A stretch of 64,000 nt of DNA from Spironucleus salmonicida. Taxonomy: Eukaryota. The stretch lies in assembly GCF_000497125.1 (NCBI RefSeq), contig NC_090600.1, positions 186,001 through 250,000 of the forward strand, read 5' to 3'. Positions 61,438 to 64,000 of this stretch are shown here, one piece after another. Both the position numbers and the translations under genes were made by a program. The first letter of the stretch is position 1, and the number at the start of each line of letters is the position of its first letter. The notes under the pieces were generated by a model that saw only the letters and a list, made by a program, of their open reading frames with translations, searched no databases and had not been told where the DNA came from.

Positions 61438-63054
61438 TCACTCCATTAAAATATCATTTATTTTGTTTACTAACTCAAGAACTATCTTCTTATCCCCCTC
61501 ATAATTTCCATCGTTTTCTTTACTCTTTATATAGCTCTCTGCCTTGTATTATTTATCCAAACTGGCACTTAAGCCGTTAAAAAGACTGCGAAGAGTTTAA
61601 GCTTGTTCTGATCCTTTAATAGACTCTTCTGACTCTGTTAGTCTTTTATTTGCATCTGCAAGATCGGTTGCTAAACTCTTATGTTAGTCCATATATGCAG
61701 CCAGTTTGCTTCGGAGCTGACTTTCAGCTACTTCAACATTTTCTACAGATTCAGCGTCTCCAACGGCAGACGTAAGTGCTTAAAGTGTTTCTTTTAAAGT
61801 TTAAGAGCGAGATTGTTGCTCACGTAACTCAGTAAGAACACGAGATTCTTAGTCTGAAAGACGTTCTAACTCACGAGTTTTAACGTTTAGTTACTGGTCG
61901 ATATTTTAACCGTTCTCTGATTAAGTAGGGCCAGGCATTTTGTTTAACAGTAGAAGATGTTATTAGTTAAGCTTTTGATTATTTAAAATTAGTTCTTATT
62001 TTTAACGGGGCCATTATGTTAGCTAATTTTCAGCTTTGAGTACGTTTTTAATCATATCCTTTTGTTCCTTAGTAACGCTAGTCATAACATCTGGGGCAAT
62101 CTCCTAGAAAATTTTCTTTCTATGAACCAGACTAGCTTCTAACGTTTTAATTTCTTCCACTAAACGCTTGCATTCGTTGCTTTCTAGTTTAATTTGATTC
62201 CTAAGTTATTACTTAATATTGTACTCTGGATCATCGCTTTAACCTTTATCTAGCTCATTTCTAAGGGCGTCAATTTCTCTCTTATATTATCTGGTATTTC
62301 TGTGGATATTAATGGCCTTTTATATGTTTTATTAACCTTAAGTATTTTAAAGTACACTAGCGTTACTATAGGCTATGGCAGTCTAATTAGCTTGTTCTTA
62401 GAGTTTTTTCCTAAGTTCTTATTCTTATTTTTGAAGTGAAATATTTTCTTAGCTAAGTTTCATGAATTCTCGAGCGATTTCATCGCCAAGATCTGCCGAA
62501 ATTTTCGCTTCGGTCTCTGAACGGATTCTAGCGGCAGCAATTTCATTTTTCTCAAGTCTTTATTATGCTTCAACACGAGCTTTATATGCTACATTTGAGT
62601 CGTTTCTAAGTTTTTCAGCTTAGTTTTCAGCAGCAGTAGCTTACGAGCGCAAATCTTCTAAGGAAGCACCAGCATCTAACTGAGATTTAGCATAATTAAT
62701 ATCTGTAAATTCGCCTTATAAATTATTAACTTACTACTTAAGTTACTAAACAGTTTCAGATAAACGATTGAACTAGTTTTCTTTCCTGCGTAACTCTTAT
62801 GTAGATACACTAAGAGCTTCAGCTTCTCTATTGCAGTTGGCAGTCTTATTTCTAATATCAGTGAGAAAATATGGTGCGTCAAATACTTAACGTGTGCCTG
62901 TAGCCACTCGAGTACCTGTATCAAGTCCATGGTTAGACATTGGACGAGATGAAAGACGTACATCTTATGTGGCAGCTGTTCCTGTAGCAGCTACACCCAC
63001 AGCACCTCGAGAAACTGGGCGAGCTGATGCTTTGCGTGACATAGGCATGGACAT
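61438..63054 (-). CDS. IFT74: Intraflagellar transport protein IFT74/72
   Basis: Basic N-terminus, SSRPMSNHGL...TRQVFDAPYFLTDIRNK, long coiled coil, ends VLELVNKINDILME. Confidence 0.88.
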
Positions 63055-63135
63055 TTTAATTTTGAAATGTGCGAATTTTTGGAGTGGTAGATAGTATACA
63101 TATTTTATATATTTATAATTATTTCATAAAATTTA

Positions 63136-64000
63136 ATGTCAGATATTTTATTCAGTACATTAATCTTATCAGAAGGAAATGCTAAAGGGGGCAATATATT
63201 TGCATTTCAACCTAAAAAATTTAAAGTACCATTAGCATCTAATTATTCTAGGTCTGTTTCAGTTCCTGCCCTAAAACGGCAAGCAGAAACACCTAAACTT
63301 TAGCCATATTTTAAAACAGTATCTGAAAAAGTAGATTTATAAAATTAAAAAGTTGATAATGGTATAAAGATTAATGATAGAATAATTTCAAAGCTTCGTA
63401 CTTTAGATTATAATACTGATTCATTTGTTAGGAACCCAGATGAAGAAAGAATAAGTATTATCAAAGAAATATATTCAAAAATTTAAAATGGAGCAATTTA
63501 AAACTAAACTTCAACATACAACTATACCAAAACCGCATAGATAGAAAGATAAAAACGACACCAAATAGTATAAAAAGAAATAGAAAAATCAATTAGGACT
63601 AAAAGTGAGAGAGTTAGAGATACAAGCTAAACAAGAAGTTTTAGACCTTAAGCGTTATTAGTTTAATGTTAAAACGAATAAAACTATCATATAACAAATA
63701 ATGGTAATACAATAAATAGAAAATTTCAATCAAAGAAAATTTGTGAAAAATCAAGAAGTAATAATAATATAGGATTCTCAATAGAGGTAGATTTTGGTAG
63801 TTTAAAAGCTCATAGACCATTTAAAAAGCTTAATTCTAGTGTAGCAAATAAACGCTATGATCTTAATTACATATAATAAAATTATAAAAAATACTATTCA
63901 AACTAAGGATTTAAAGCCAATATTTAATCAGTAGAATAGGGTAAGAAGGATTAAAAAAATGAAGAATTCAAGTTTAAATCTACGATAAGTACATTACAGT
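63136..64000 (+). CDS. Hypothetical protein, 3' end outside the window
   Basis: Frame 1 open from ATG 63136 (MSDILFSTLILSEG) towards the window end. Confidence 0.7.

Noticed and set aside
61136-61578. Short near-repeat TGGCACTT(T)AAGCCGTT at about 61136 and 61563
   Set aside because: Only about 17 bp with no extended similarity; could be chance
338-63094. Most short ORFs in the supplied track
   Set aside because: Computed with the standard code; they are fragments, off-frame or antisense shadows of the code-6 genes listed
1-64000. tRNA, rRNA, CRISPR arrays, telomeric repeats, spliceosomal introns
   Set aside because: None recognised by eye; covariance-model searches would be needed to exclude small RNAs

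Overview
AT-rich, gene-dense, apparently intron-free eukaryotic DNA that uses the ciliate/hexamitid genetic code (TAA/TAG = Gln, TGA the only stop). The supplied standard-code ORF track is therefore fragmented, and all genes were re-read by hand in translation table 6. The code, the compactness, the stop-overlapping AGTGA motif and the gene content (annexin, IFT74, axonemal dynein, presequence-less IscS) point to a Spironucleus/Hexamita-type diplomonad; the species cannot be determined. About 48 CDSs were read, including a 14-kb DNAH1-like dynein heavy chain. The most striking structure is a pair of divergently oriented paralogous multi-pass membrane-protein genes (15866-17164 on -, 23346-24665 on +). 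They share an apparently identical 1095-bp GC-rich core as an inverted repeat, while their N- and C-terminal ends are AT-rich and diverged. This looks like ongoing GC-biased gene conversion, and it could make the enclosed 6.3-kb segment invertible, which would swap promoters/N-termini against C-termini. Other notable genes: bacterial-type ThiI-like tRNA thiolase, C_GCAxxG_C_C and PHP proteins; several probable pseudo-enzymes (Cys-less rhodanese, stand-alone TyrRS-like pseudo-subunit, acyl-CoA-synthetase-like, alpha/beta-hydrolase-like); a stand-alone La/LARP7-type xRRM protein; a ZSWIM7/SWS1 homologue; an annexin fusion; and five SHIPPO-repeat genes. All family calls come from motif recognition, not database searches, and long ORFs were spot-checked rather than read codon by codon.
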